DNA of 64,000 bases from Candidatus Levybacteria bacterium RIFCSPHIGHO2_01_FULL_37_17 (lineage in GTDB: Bacteria; Patescibacteriota; Microgenomatia; Levybacterales; UBA12049): NCBI GenBank assembly GCA_001782035.1, contig MFNL01000001.1, positions 148,078 to 212,077 of the forward strand. Reading direction: 5' to 3'. Position numbers and translations under genes: made by a program. Numbering within the stretch: the stretch's first letter is position 1; each line of letters begins with the position of its first letter. Below the pieces are notes generated by a model. That model was not told the DNA's origin. It made no database searches and was given only the letters and a program-made list of their open reading frames with translations. Below are positions 57,085-64,000 of this stretch, piece by piece.

Positions 57085-59214
57085 ATGGCACAAGAAGATA
57101 GAATTAAAACATTAGACAAGGTTAGAAATATTGGCATTATTGCCCATATTGATGCGGGGAAAACAACAACAACCGAGCGTATTTTATTCTATACAGGAAA
57201 AACCTACAAAATCGGAGATATCGACGAAGGAAATACTCAAATGGACTGGATGGAACAGGAAAAAGAAAGGGGAATTACCATTGTGTCTGCAGCAACAACT
57301 GCTTTTTGGACCCATTCAAATTCTTCAGGGCAAGCAGATTCCTATAGAATAAATATTATTGATACACCGGGACACGTAGATTTTACCGCAGAAGTAGAGC
57401 GTTCGCTAAGAGTTCTCGATGGTGGCATCACGGTTCTTGATGCGGAAGAGGGAGTTCAATCTCAGTCTGAAACTGTTTGGAGGCAGGCTGATAAATACAA
57501 AGTTCCAAGGCTTTGCTTTGTTAACAAAATGGATAAACTTGGGGCGGATTTTCTGGCTACTATAAAATCAATTGAGGAAAGACTCGGCGCAAATCCTGCA
57601 ATTATGGTTTTACCAATTGGAGTTGAGAGCTCATTTGTCGGGATAGTGCACCTAATGGAAATGAAAGCGTATATTTGGAAAAATGACAATCTTGGAGCGG
57701 AATTTGAAATCACTGATATACCGCAGGATATGAAAGCCCAAGCTCAAAAATACAGGCAAAAATTAGTTGAGAAAATTGCAGAAACAGATGACTCACTCAC
57801 TGATAAATTTTTGCACGGACAACAAATTAATGATGAGCAGTTAAAACAAGCTCTAAGACGAGCCGTTATTGCATACAAACTCGTACCTATTTTTGCGGGA
57901 AGCTCACTGCGCAATAAAGGAGTCCAACCCTTACTAGACGCAGTCGTAGATTATTTGCCTTCCCCTCTGGATGTTGGCAAAATTGTTGGAACAGATCCCA
58001 AAACTGGAGAAGACGTACAAAGACTTCCTCAAGCGGAACAACCTTTGGCGGGCCTTGCATTTAAAATCCAAATTGATCCACACGTTGGAAAATTGACTTA
58101 TTTTAGAGTTTATAGTGGAAAAGTAACTGCCGGATCTTATATTTATAACAGTTCTAAAAATGAAAATGAGAGAATTGGCAGAATTTTACTCATGCACGCA
58201 AACCATAGAGAAGAAATTAAAGAGGCTTATGCTGGGGAAATTGTAGCTTTGGTTGGCCTTAAAGACACGGCAACTGGAGATACTTTATCCGATGAAAAAG
58301 CCCCAATTGTTTTGGAAAAAATTTCATTTCCCGAACCTGTTATTTCCTTGGCAATTGAACCAAAAACAAAAGCAGACCAGGAAAAATTAGGCCTCGCTTT
58401 AAAGCGGCTTTCGGAAGAAGATCCAACATTTTCTATTAAAGCAAATCACGAAACAGGACAAACAATAATTTCCGGGATGGGAGAGCTGCAGCTTGAGGTT
58501 ATGGTAGATAGAATGAAGCGGGAATTTGGAGTTTTGGCAAATGTCGGAGCACCACAAGTTGCCTACAAAGAGACAGTAAAACAAATCGCCGAAGGCGAAG
58601 GAAAATATATCAGACAATCCGGTGGTCGAGGACAATATGGACACTGTTTCCTTAGAGTTGAGCCAAAACCAAGAGGTGAAGGCTACGAATTTATCAATGC
58701 CATTAAAGGGGGAGCAATTCCTTCTGAGTTTGTAATTTCTATTCAAAAAGGAGTAAAAGAGACAATGGAAAACGGCATATTACTCGGCTATCCGCTTGTA
58801 GATATGAATGTTACAGTATATGACGGAAGTTATCACGAAGTAGACAGTAGTGACGTGGCTTTTAAAATTGCAGCATCTCAAGCATTGCAGGCTGCAGCAA
58901 AAAAAGCTCAGCTTAGTTTACTTGAACCTATTATGAAAGTTGAAGTTACAACTCCAAGCGAGTTTATGGGAGATGTAATCGGAGATTTGAGTGCAAAAAG
59001 AGCACAAATATTAGGAACGGAAGAAAGAGGAAAGGCAACTGTAGTTTTGGCAATGGTTCCGCTTGCGGAGCTTTCCGGTTATGCAACAACTTTAAGGTCG
59101 ATGTCTCAGGGTCGAGCTTCTTACTATATGGAGCCCTCTCATTACGAAGATGTTCCTCAAAATATAGTGGCACAAATGCTTGCTAAATCCACCTTTACCG
59201 GAAGAGTCGAGTAA
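57085..59214 (+). CDS. fusA: Elongation factor G
   Basis: The G domain ([27 protein letters not shown]) and domains II to V are present. The length is 709 aa. Confidence 0.97.
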   Translation: MAQEDRIKTLDKVRNIGIIAHIDAGKTTTTERILFYTGKTYKIGDIDEGNTQMDWMEQEKERGITIVSAATTAFWTHSNSSGQADSYRINIIDTPGHVDFTAEVERSLRVLDGGITVLDAEEGVQSQSETVWRQADKYKVPRLCFVNKMDKLGADFLATIKSIEERLGANPAIMVLPIGVESSFVGIVHLMEMKAYIWKNDNLGAEFEITDIPQDMKAQAQKYRQKLVEKIAETDDSLTDKFLHGQQINDEQLKQALRRAVIAYKLVPIFAGSSLRNKGVQPLLDAVVDYLPSPLDVGKIVGTDPKTGEDVQRLPQAEQPLAGLAFKIQIDPHVGKLTYFRVYSGKVTAGSYIYNSSKNENERIGRILLMHANHREEIKEAYAGEIVALVGLKDTATGDTLSDEKAPIVLEKISFPEPVISLAIEPKTKADQEKLGLALKRLSEEDPTFSIKANHETGQTIISGMGELQLEVMVDRMKREFGVLANVGAPQVAYKETVKQIAEGEGKYIRQSGGRGQYGHCFLRVEPKPRGEGYEFINAIKGGAIPSEFVISIQKGVKETMENGILLGYPLVDMNVTVYDGSYHEVDSSDVAFKIAASQALQAAAKKAQLSLLEPIMKVEVTTPSEFMGDVIGDLSAKRAQILGTEERGKATVVLAMVPLAELSGYATTLRSMSQGRASYYMEPSHYEDVPQNIVAQMLAKSTFTGRVE

Positions 59215-59220
59215 ATCCCC

Positions 59221-59249
59221 TTGACATTTAGCTTCTTACTTTCTAATCT
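59221..59249 (+). promoter_or_regulatory. Promoter TTGACA-N17-TAATCT, 8 nt upstream of the ATG of the 156-aa ORF
   Basis: Read directly from the sequence. The ORF-track entry 59221..59421 begins at the TTG of this -35 box and is probably spurious. Confidence 0.5.
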
Positions 59250-59257
59250 ATTATTAG

Positions 59258-59728
59258 ATGGCTGTTGCCAGAGAAAGACTGGTTCAAGCGCTCGAAAAAA
59301 CCGGTGTAAAAGAAACCGGAATACCCATTTCTTCAATTTTTACCTCAAGAAGATATCACAGAGCCGAAGAAGAAGCAAAAAGCGGATTTGGTGTGTCAAA
59401 TTGGAGTGGAGCTTATTATGATCATTTAAGAAGACTTGTTGACGGATCCTACGTTCTTGATAGAGGAGACGGATATTTGAGTACAACGCAAGAAATCCAA
59501 AAAGAAACCGACTCAGCTTTTATAAACGGCAAAATTAGAACGACCATTTTAATAGCTAGAACAATGCAATCCGGAAACACTTTTAAAGTTGTCCAAAGGT
59601 ACACCGAGTTACTTCCGGATGGGAAAAGAGGTGCTGTTGTTAGAGAAGAAGCGATGGCTTATTTCATTGGTGAAGAAGCTAGATTAAGAGCAATGGAACT
59701 TTCAGCCGAATATATCCGCGGCAGATAA
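59258..59728 (+). CDS. Hypothetical protein (156 aa) inserted between fusA and tuf
   Basis: It is a clean ORF with its own promoter and no recognisable family. It is soluble with no TM segment. Confidence 0.5.
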   Translation: MAVARERLVQALEKTGVKETGIPISSIFTSRRYHRAEEEAKSGFGVSNWSGAYYDHLRRLVDGSYVLDRGDGYLSTTQEIQKETDSAFINGKIRTTILIARTMQSGNTFKVVQRYTELLPDGKRGAVVREEAMAYFIGEEARLRAMELSAEYIRGR

Positions 59729-59774
59729 TCAACATCCTTGAAACAAAATAACAATAATCGCGTTTAATTAATAA

Positions 59775-60128
59775 ATGACAACTAGAACGTTATTGCCGAT
59801 ATCATTTCTGGTTAATCTCGTATTTTCTTTAATCGAGCTTTCTTTGGGTATCAGAATTATTTTAAAACTGTTTGCGGCAAATCCAGGAACGCCGTTTGTC
59901 GATTGGATGTATAATGCAACTTCACCCTTGCTTGCTCCTTTCAACGGAATTTTTCCAAATCCAACACTGCGAGGCGGTTCGGTTTTAGAAATGCAGACTT
60001 TAATTGCGCTTTTGGTTTATGGCTTTATCGCATATCTTATTACCTATTTAGTTGATTATTTAAATGCAAGAATGATTGATACAGACTCAGAAACAGAAGA
60101 AAGAGTAGTTGTGCGGAAAAGAAGATAG
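59775..60128 (+). CDS. YggT-family membrane protein
   Basis: It has the YggT pattern (…RIILKLFAANPGTPFVDWMYNATSPLLAPFNGIFPN…) and two TM regions. Confidence 0.65.
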   Translation: MTTRTLLPISFLVNLVFSLIELSLGIRIILKLFAANPGTPFVDWMYNATSPLLAPFNGIFPNPTLRGGSVLEMQTLIALLVYGFIAYLITYLVDYLNARMIDTDSETEERVVVRKRR

Positions 60129-60151
60129 ACTCATTTGATATACTAAATTGA

Positions 60152-60709
60152 GTGAGTCATTTAAAATCCTTTAAATATAAAAACATCCTCGGGGCAATTA
60201 TCGGGATAACACTTGCTCTAATACTATCCCGCTTTGAGCTTTTCCATGCCTTTCTTTTAAATCTTGGTGATTTAGGCTATTTAGGCGCTTTTATCGCGGG
60301 GATTTTATTTGTGAATGTATTTACAGTCGCAACCGGAGCTATTATGCTTTTAGTTTTAGCCGAAAGCCTGAACCCAATTGAGCTTGCGGTCATTGCGGGT
60401 TTAGGCGCAGTATTAGGTGATTTTTTAATTTTCAAATTTGTAAAAGACACATTGTCTTTAGAAATTACTGATATTTATAACCACTTCGGCGGGGATCACT
60501 TATCAAAATTATTACATACAAGGTATTTCAGCTGGACTCTGCCCGTAATAGGCGCACTGATTATTGCATCCCCTTTGCCCGATGAAGTTGGAGTAAGCCT
60601 TTTGGGGATTTCTAAGATGAGTACTTTCAAATTCGTTATTTTGGCCTTTTTGCTTGATTTTATAGGCATATTTCTAGTAGTTTCAGCCTCTGTCTTTATT
60701 AAACCTTAA
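60152..60709 (+). CDS. Hypothetical polytopic membrane protein (185 aa, GTG start)
   Basis: It has five or six predicted TM helices and no recognised family. Confidence 0.45.
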   Translation: MSHLKSFKYKNILGAIIGITLALILSRFELFHAFLLNLGDLGYLGAFIAGILFVNVFTVATGAIMLLVLAESLNPIELAVIAGLGAVLGDFLIFKFVKDTLSLEITDIYNHFGGDHLSKLLHTRYFSWTLPVIGALIIASPLPDEVGVSLLGISKMSTFKFVILAFLLDFIGIFLVVSASVFIKP

Positions 60710-60782
60710 ATTCCTACTTGACTAAGCTGAGAAAGTAATGTATATTAAATTGACCTTAAAGAGGTATTTTTTTTGCTTTAAT

Positions 60783-61964
60783 ATGCCAGATAAATTTGAA
60801 AGAACTAAGCCACACGTAAATATTGGAACCATTGGCCACGTAGACCACGGTAAAACAACGCTAACCGCAGCTATTGCTACTGTTTTGTCAAAAAGCGGTA
60901 AGGCAACAGCCAAAAAGTACGAAGACATCGACAACGCTCCGGAAGAAAAAGCAAGAGGAGTTACAATCAACATCTCCCACATTGAATACGAAACAGACAA
61001 ACGCCATTATGCCCATATAGACGCACCGGGACACGCGGATTACATTAAGAACATGATCACAGGAGCTGCCCAAATGGACGGCTCAATTCTTGTAGTTTCA
61101 GCCCCCGACGGCCCCATGCCACAAACAAGAGAGCACATTTTACTAGCAAGACAAGTAGGAGTTCCTGCAATTGTAGTTTTTCTTAATAAGACTGATATGG
61201 TACAAGATGCGGAACTTTTGGACTTGGTGGAAATGGAAGTAAGAGAGCTTCTTACAAAGTATCAATATCCGGGAGGCGACGTGCCTATTATTCGAGGAAG
61301 TGCTCTTAAGGCTTTGGAAGGCGATGCGGAAGCTGAAAAGCAAATCTTGGCCTTAATGGATGCAGTTGATACTTATATCCCAACGCCTACAAGGGATACA
61401 GAAAAACCGTTCTTAATGCCTGTTGAGGACGTTTTCTCAATTAAAGGACGAGGAACAGTTGTAACAGGAAGAATTGAAAGAGGAAAGGTTAAAGTAAACG
61501 AGGCAGTAGAAATTGTCGGAATTAAAGCTACAAAGCAGTCCGTTGTAACAGGTGTTGAGATGTTTAGGAAACTCTTAGACGAAGGACAAGCAGGAGACAA
61601 TGTCGGATTACTGCTTCGCGGAGTTGAAAAAGCAGATGTTGAAAGAGGACAAGTTATCGCAAAGCCAGGCTCGATTACGCCCCACAAAGAATTTGAAGCG
61701 GAGGTCTACATCCTTACAAAGGAAGAAGGCGGACGACATACACCATTCTTTACAGGATACAGACCTCAATTCTTTATTAGAACAACCGATGTAACAGCTG
61801 AAGTGGCTCTTCCATCCGGAGTAGAAATGGTAATGCCAGGAGACAATACAAAAATGACAGTAAAGCTTATCGTTCCAGTTGCAATGGAAGAAGGACTACG
61901 TTTTGCAGTAAGAGAAGGCGGAAAAACTGTTGGAGCAGGAGTTATCTCCAAAATAATCGCTTAA
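60783..61964 (+). CDS. tuf: Elongation factor Tu
   Basis: The EF-Tu sequence begins [31 protein letters not shown]. The ATG at 60783 is chosen over the longer ORF-track start. Confidence 0.97.
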   Translation: MPDKFERTKPHVNIGTIGHVDHGKTTLTAAIATVLSKSGKATAKKYEDIDNAPEEKARGVTINISHIEYETDKRHYAHIDAPGHADYIKNMITGAAQMDGSILVVSAPDGPMPQTREHILLARQVGVPAIVVFLNKTDMVQDAELLDLVEMEVRELLTKYQYPGGDVPIIRGSALKALEGDAEAEKQILALMDAVDTYIPTPTRDTEKPFLMPVEDVFSIKGRGTVVTGRIERGKVKVNEAVEIVGIKATKQSVVTGVEMFRKLLDEGQAGDNVGLLLRGVEKADVERGQVIAKPGSITPHKEFEAEVYILTKEEGGRHTPFFTGYRPQFFIRTTDVTAEVALPSGVEMVMPGDNTKMTVKLIVPVAMEEGLRFAVREGGKTVGAGVISKIIA

Positions 61965-62030
61965 GTCTGCCTCTTTTAGTCCGCCTAGGCTCGGCCTAGT
62001 CGAGACTGGCTCTTTGATTTAAATACACAT

Positions 62031-62339
62031 ATGCCAAAAGGGAGAATTAGAGTAAAACTCAAAAGTTACGACGCGAGAGTAATAGACTCTACCTGTCAGC
62101 AAATTTTAGATACGGCAATAAGAACCGGTGCTAAAGTTGTTGGACCAATCCCACTTCCTAGTAAAAGAAGCGTATATGCGGTAAATAAATCACCTTTTAT
62201 AGACAAAAACGCACGAGACCACTTTCAAATCAAAATCCACAAAAGACTCATAGATATAATTTCACCCACAGAAAAAACAATTGATTCCCTAACGCATCTC
62301 GAGCTTCCCGCAGGTGTAAACATCGAAATCAGAATGTAA
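62031..62339 (+). CDS. rpsJ: 30S ribosomal protein S10
   Basis: It is a 102-aa protein of the S10 family ([38 protein letters not shown]). It is followed by unrelated genes rather than the ribosomal-protein genes rplC-rplD that normally follow it. Confidence 0.95.
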   Translation: MPKGRIRVKLKSYDARVIDSTCQQILDTAIRTGAKVVGPIPLPSKRSVYAVNKSPFIDKNARDHFQIKIHKRLIDIISPTEKTIDSLTHLELPAGVNIEIRM

Positions 62340-62340
62340 T

Positions 62341-62369
62341 TTGACAAGCCAATATGTCGGTCATATAAT
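62341..62369 (+). promoter_or_regulatory. Perfect sigma70-type promoter TTGACA-N17-TATAAT, 6 nt before the ATG of ORF 62376 (leaderless)
   Basis: Read directly from the sequence. It lies immediately after the rpsJ stop. Confidence 0.6.
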
Positions 62370-62375
62370 CACCTC

Positions 62376-62765
62376 ATGATAGAAAAAATACTCAGAGTTC
62401 AACGAGCAGAAACTAATACCCAAGCCGCAAGAAGATTTTTAAATATTCAAGATGAAGCCAATAGAAAACGAGTATACAGAAAAAATATTCCATGGCAAGC
62501 AGCCTGGTTTCCTCACGAAGGAGATGCTGGTTTAAACGGACTCGTAGATAAAGTTAGCAAAGGACCAAGTATCAGAAGAGAAATTGTTCTTTTTGATAGA
62601 ATCAAACTACCTTTTTCTGAAAAGAGAAGACCAAAAGAGGAATGGGGCCAGCGCCGTCATGATAGACACGATCATTTTAAATATTTTGAACCTCAGACCT
62701 CTTATAATAATTCTGGAATATCCAGGCGGCTAATCCGATCTGCCCGTGCAATAAATAATAGTTAG
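62376..62765 (+). CDS. Hypothetical basic protein (129 aa), first gene of the rpsJ-downstream insertion module
   Basis: It begins MIE…, is Arg/His-rich (RRHDRHDHFKYF), and has no recognised family. Confidence 0.5.
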   Translation: MIEKILRVQRAETNTQAARRFLNIQDEANRKRVYRKNIPWQAAWFPHEGDAGLNGLVDKVSKGPSIRREIVLFDRIKLPFSEKRRPKEEWGQRRHDRHDHFKYFEPQTSYNNSGISRRLIRSARAINNS

Positions 62766-62793
62766 TTACCTCGATCTAGAACTTAATTTCTGC

Positions 62794-62799
62794 TATAAT
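62794..62799 (+). promoter_or_regulatory. Extended -10 (TGcTATAAT) 6 nt before the ATG of ORF 62806; paralogous to the 5' region of the upstream gene
   Basis: The stretch TATAAT-CRCCTC-ATG-ATW-GAA is shared by both genes of the module. Confidence 0.5.
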
Positions 62800-62805
62800 C
62801 GCCTC

Positions 62806-63327
62806 ATGATTGAAGCTCCAGTAGGGAACGAAATAGCTGAAAGATATCCTCAAGTCAAAAAAGTTTTAGAATGGTTTGTCCCAGAAGGCGAGCCCAAATT
62901 CGCGGCAGACCTTCAACTAAATGTTAGACATTTCTTTAATTCAATGTATTTTCACCATGCATCTTTCTGGAAAGAAAATTATGACTTAGAAATATTACCT
63001 GAAAACCAAGCTATCCAAATTGCGAGAGATATGATTTTGCAAGTGACTAGAATATCAGAAGAAAATGGTCCAAACAGAGCAGCCGCCAAGGAGGCTATAG
63101 CGGGAGGACACGGAGTAGAGTTACTGTTTCAAACTGACGGTGGTTTTAATGGGATAGACGACAGAAAAACAAATTTATACCAATTTTTAGGAGTTGCGAG
63201 TCTAATTGGAATTGCACTTAAATCCAAAGAAGTTAAATTAGACTTCTATTTGAAATATGGAATCGATAGCTTAGCAAGGTCTATCCCATACAGAACATAT
63301 AGAGAAAAAAATTCCCCGCAGGTGTAA
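62806..63327 (+). CDS. Hypothetical protein (173 aa), second gene of the rpsJ-downstream module; its last codons lie in the duplicated rpsJ 3' end
   Basis: It begins MIE…, has no recognised family, and its stop codon lies inside the 33-bp repeat. Confidence 0.5.
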   Translation: MIEAPVGNEIAERYPQVKKVLEWFVPEGEPKFAADLQLNVRHFFNSMYFHHASFWKENYDLEILPENQAIQIARDMILQVTRISEENGPNRAAAKEAIAGGHGVELLFQTDGGFNGIDDRKTNLYQFLGVASLIGIALKSKEVKLDFYLKYGIDSLARSIPYRTYREKNSPQV

Positions 63328-63347
63328 ACATCGAAATCAGGATGTAA
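63315..63347 (+). repeat. 33-bp direct repeat of the rpsJ 3' terminus (CCCGCAGGTGTAAACATCGAAATCAGGATGTAA), 32/33 identical to 62307..62339
   Basis: Direct comparison of the two copies shows the second is followed by another TTGACA promoter. Confidence 0.85.
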
Positions 63348-63358
63348 GAGTCCTATAG

Positions 63359-63387
63359 TTGACAACTCTAACCAATTCTGGTAGAAT
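63359..63387 (+). promoter_or_regulatory. Promoter TTGACA-N17-TAGAAT, 9 nt upstream of ORF 63397
   Basis: Read directly from the sequence. Confidence 0.5.
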
Positions 63388-63396
63388 TCCACTCAT

Positions 63397-63660
63397 ATGA
63401 CAATTGAAGCTACAGAAAAACGATATTTTGGATTAAAAAGAAATACCAGAGCTGTCTCACCCGGAGGATTTTTTCTCGATCCCTTGGTTATTATAGTAGT
63501 ATCACCAGACGAAATTGTGCTTACAATAGCTGTAGGGCTTGATTTTCCAGTGTTTCTTCCCCCAAGAAGGTTATTTAAAGAACAGATAAACGAGTTTTTT
63601 AAATCAGATATTCCCGGAAACTCGATAGGTTCAAGGGTCCGTTTAAGTTGGAAACCCTAA
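63397..63660 (+). CDS. Hypothetical small protein (87 aa)
   Basis: It is an ORF with its own promoter, a hydrophobic central segment, and no recognised family. Confidence 0.35.
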   Translation: MTIEATEKRYFGLKRNTRAVSPGGFFLDPLVIIVVSPDEIVLTIAVGLDFPVFLPPRRLFKEQINEFFKSDIPGNSIGSRVRLSWKP

Positions 63661-63661
63661 A

Positions 63662-64000
63662 ATGACAGTTAGAAAGTCGCGTCAAACGCGATTCAAAATA
63701 ATTCAGGCGGGAGACCCGAGGCTTAAAGCTAAAAATAAGCTAATCAAAGACATTAATTCCCCAAAAACAAAAAAGCTTATTAAAGATTTGATCGCTACAA
63801 TGTACAAAGCCGAGTTAATCGGTATTGCAGCCAGCCAAATCGGCGAAAATCATATGGTTTTTGTTACTCACCCAAGGAAAACAAAAGCTAGAAAACTTGG
63901 AAAAATCGATAAACTTCGAATATATATAAACCCGAAAATAACTTTCAGCTCAAAAGTCCAAAATTTAATATACGAAGGCTGTGGAAGTGTTTCGGACTTT
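63662..64000 (+). CDS. def: Peptide deformylase, N-terminal part (continues beyond the window)
   Basis: A manual translation from ATG 63662 gives MTVRKSRQTRFKIIQAGDPRLKAKNK…GIAASQIG…EGCGSVSDF. This matches PDF motif I (GxGxAAxQ) and motif II (EGCLS). The ORF is open to the window end and is absent from the ORF track. Confidence 0.7.
   Translation, partial: MTVRKSRQTRFKIIQAGDPRLKAKNKLIKDINSPKTKKLIKDLIATMYKAELIGIAASQIGENHMVFVTHPRKTKARKLGKIDKLRIYINPKITFSSKVQNLIYEGCGSVSDF

Noticed and set aside
59221-59421. ORF-track 66-aa ORF starting at TTG 59221
   Set aside because: The TTG is the -35 hexamer (TTGACA) of the promoter for ORF 59258, and the reading frame is off-frame with respect to that gene.
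1-64000. CRISPR arrays, rRNA genes, transposases or integrases
   Set aside because: No regularly spaced short repeats, no rRNA-like conserved blocks and no recombinase or transposase ORFs were found by eye on either strand.

Overview
This is a low-GC (about 38%) 64-kb stretch with very dense coding on both strands and standard stop-codon usage. The content fits a reduced-genome CPR/Patescibacteria-like bacterium: many housekeeping proteins are truncated or minimal, there is a sortase with an LPxTG-like substrate, many glycosyltransferases, and many leaderless genes. I could not run any searches, so the taxonomic placement is inference.

The housekeeping backbone, in order, is:
- lepA (3' end), then groES-groEL behind a CIRCE-like operator
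- a minus-strand envelope-glycan cluster (UbiA prenyltransferase, GT4 WecA/MraY-like, GT2 cellulose-synthase-like, TatD, GT39/PMT-like, DUF2079-like)
- metG
- hrcA-grpE-dnaK-dnaJ with a near-perfect CIRCE overlapping its promoter
- a membrane-anchored ClpA/B-like ATPase, nusA-infB, and a degenerate DHH/NrnA-like gene
- rpsO-pnp, a Lon-like AAA+ module that lacks a protease domain, RNase J, an MFS transporter, ftsK, a RodZ-like gene, two small DUF948/YtxH genes, mltG, a thymidine-phosphorylase-family gene, a sortase and a large bitopic membrane protein
- alaS, then rpoB-rpoC-rpsL-rpsG-fusA-tuf-rpsJ, and the start of def

The unusual parts are small accessory insertions into this conserved backbone:
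1. A repeat-bounded island of about 4 kb lies between alaS and rpoB. It carries a 911-aa protein with a transglutaminase-like Cys-His-Asp core, an ArsR-family regulator flanked by 26-nt direct repeats, and two small unknown ORFs.
2. TrpR/YerC-like and YdeI-like genes sit between rpsG and fusA.
3. An unknown 156-aa gene plus YggT plus a membrane protein sit between fusA and tuf.
4. A module of about 1 kb with two unknown leaderless genes lies after rpsJ. It is bounded by a 33-bp duplicate of the rpsJ 3' end.

No CRISPR array, rRNA or tRNA was detected.
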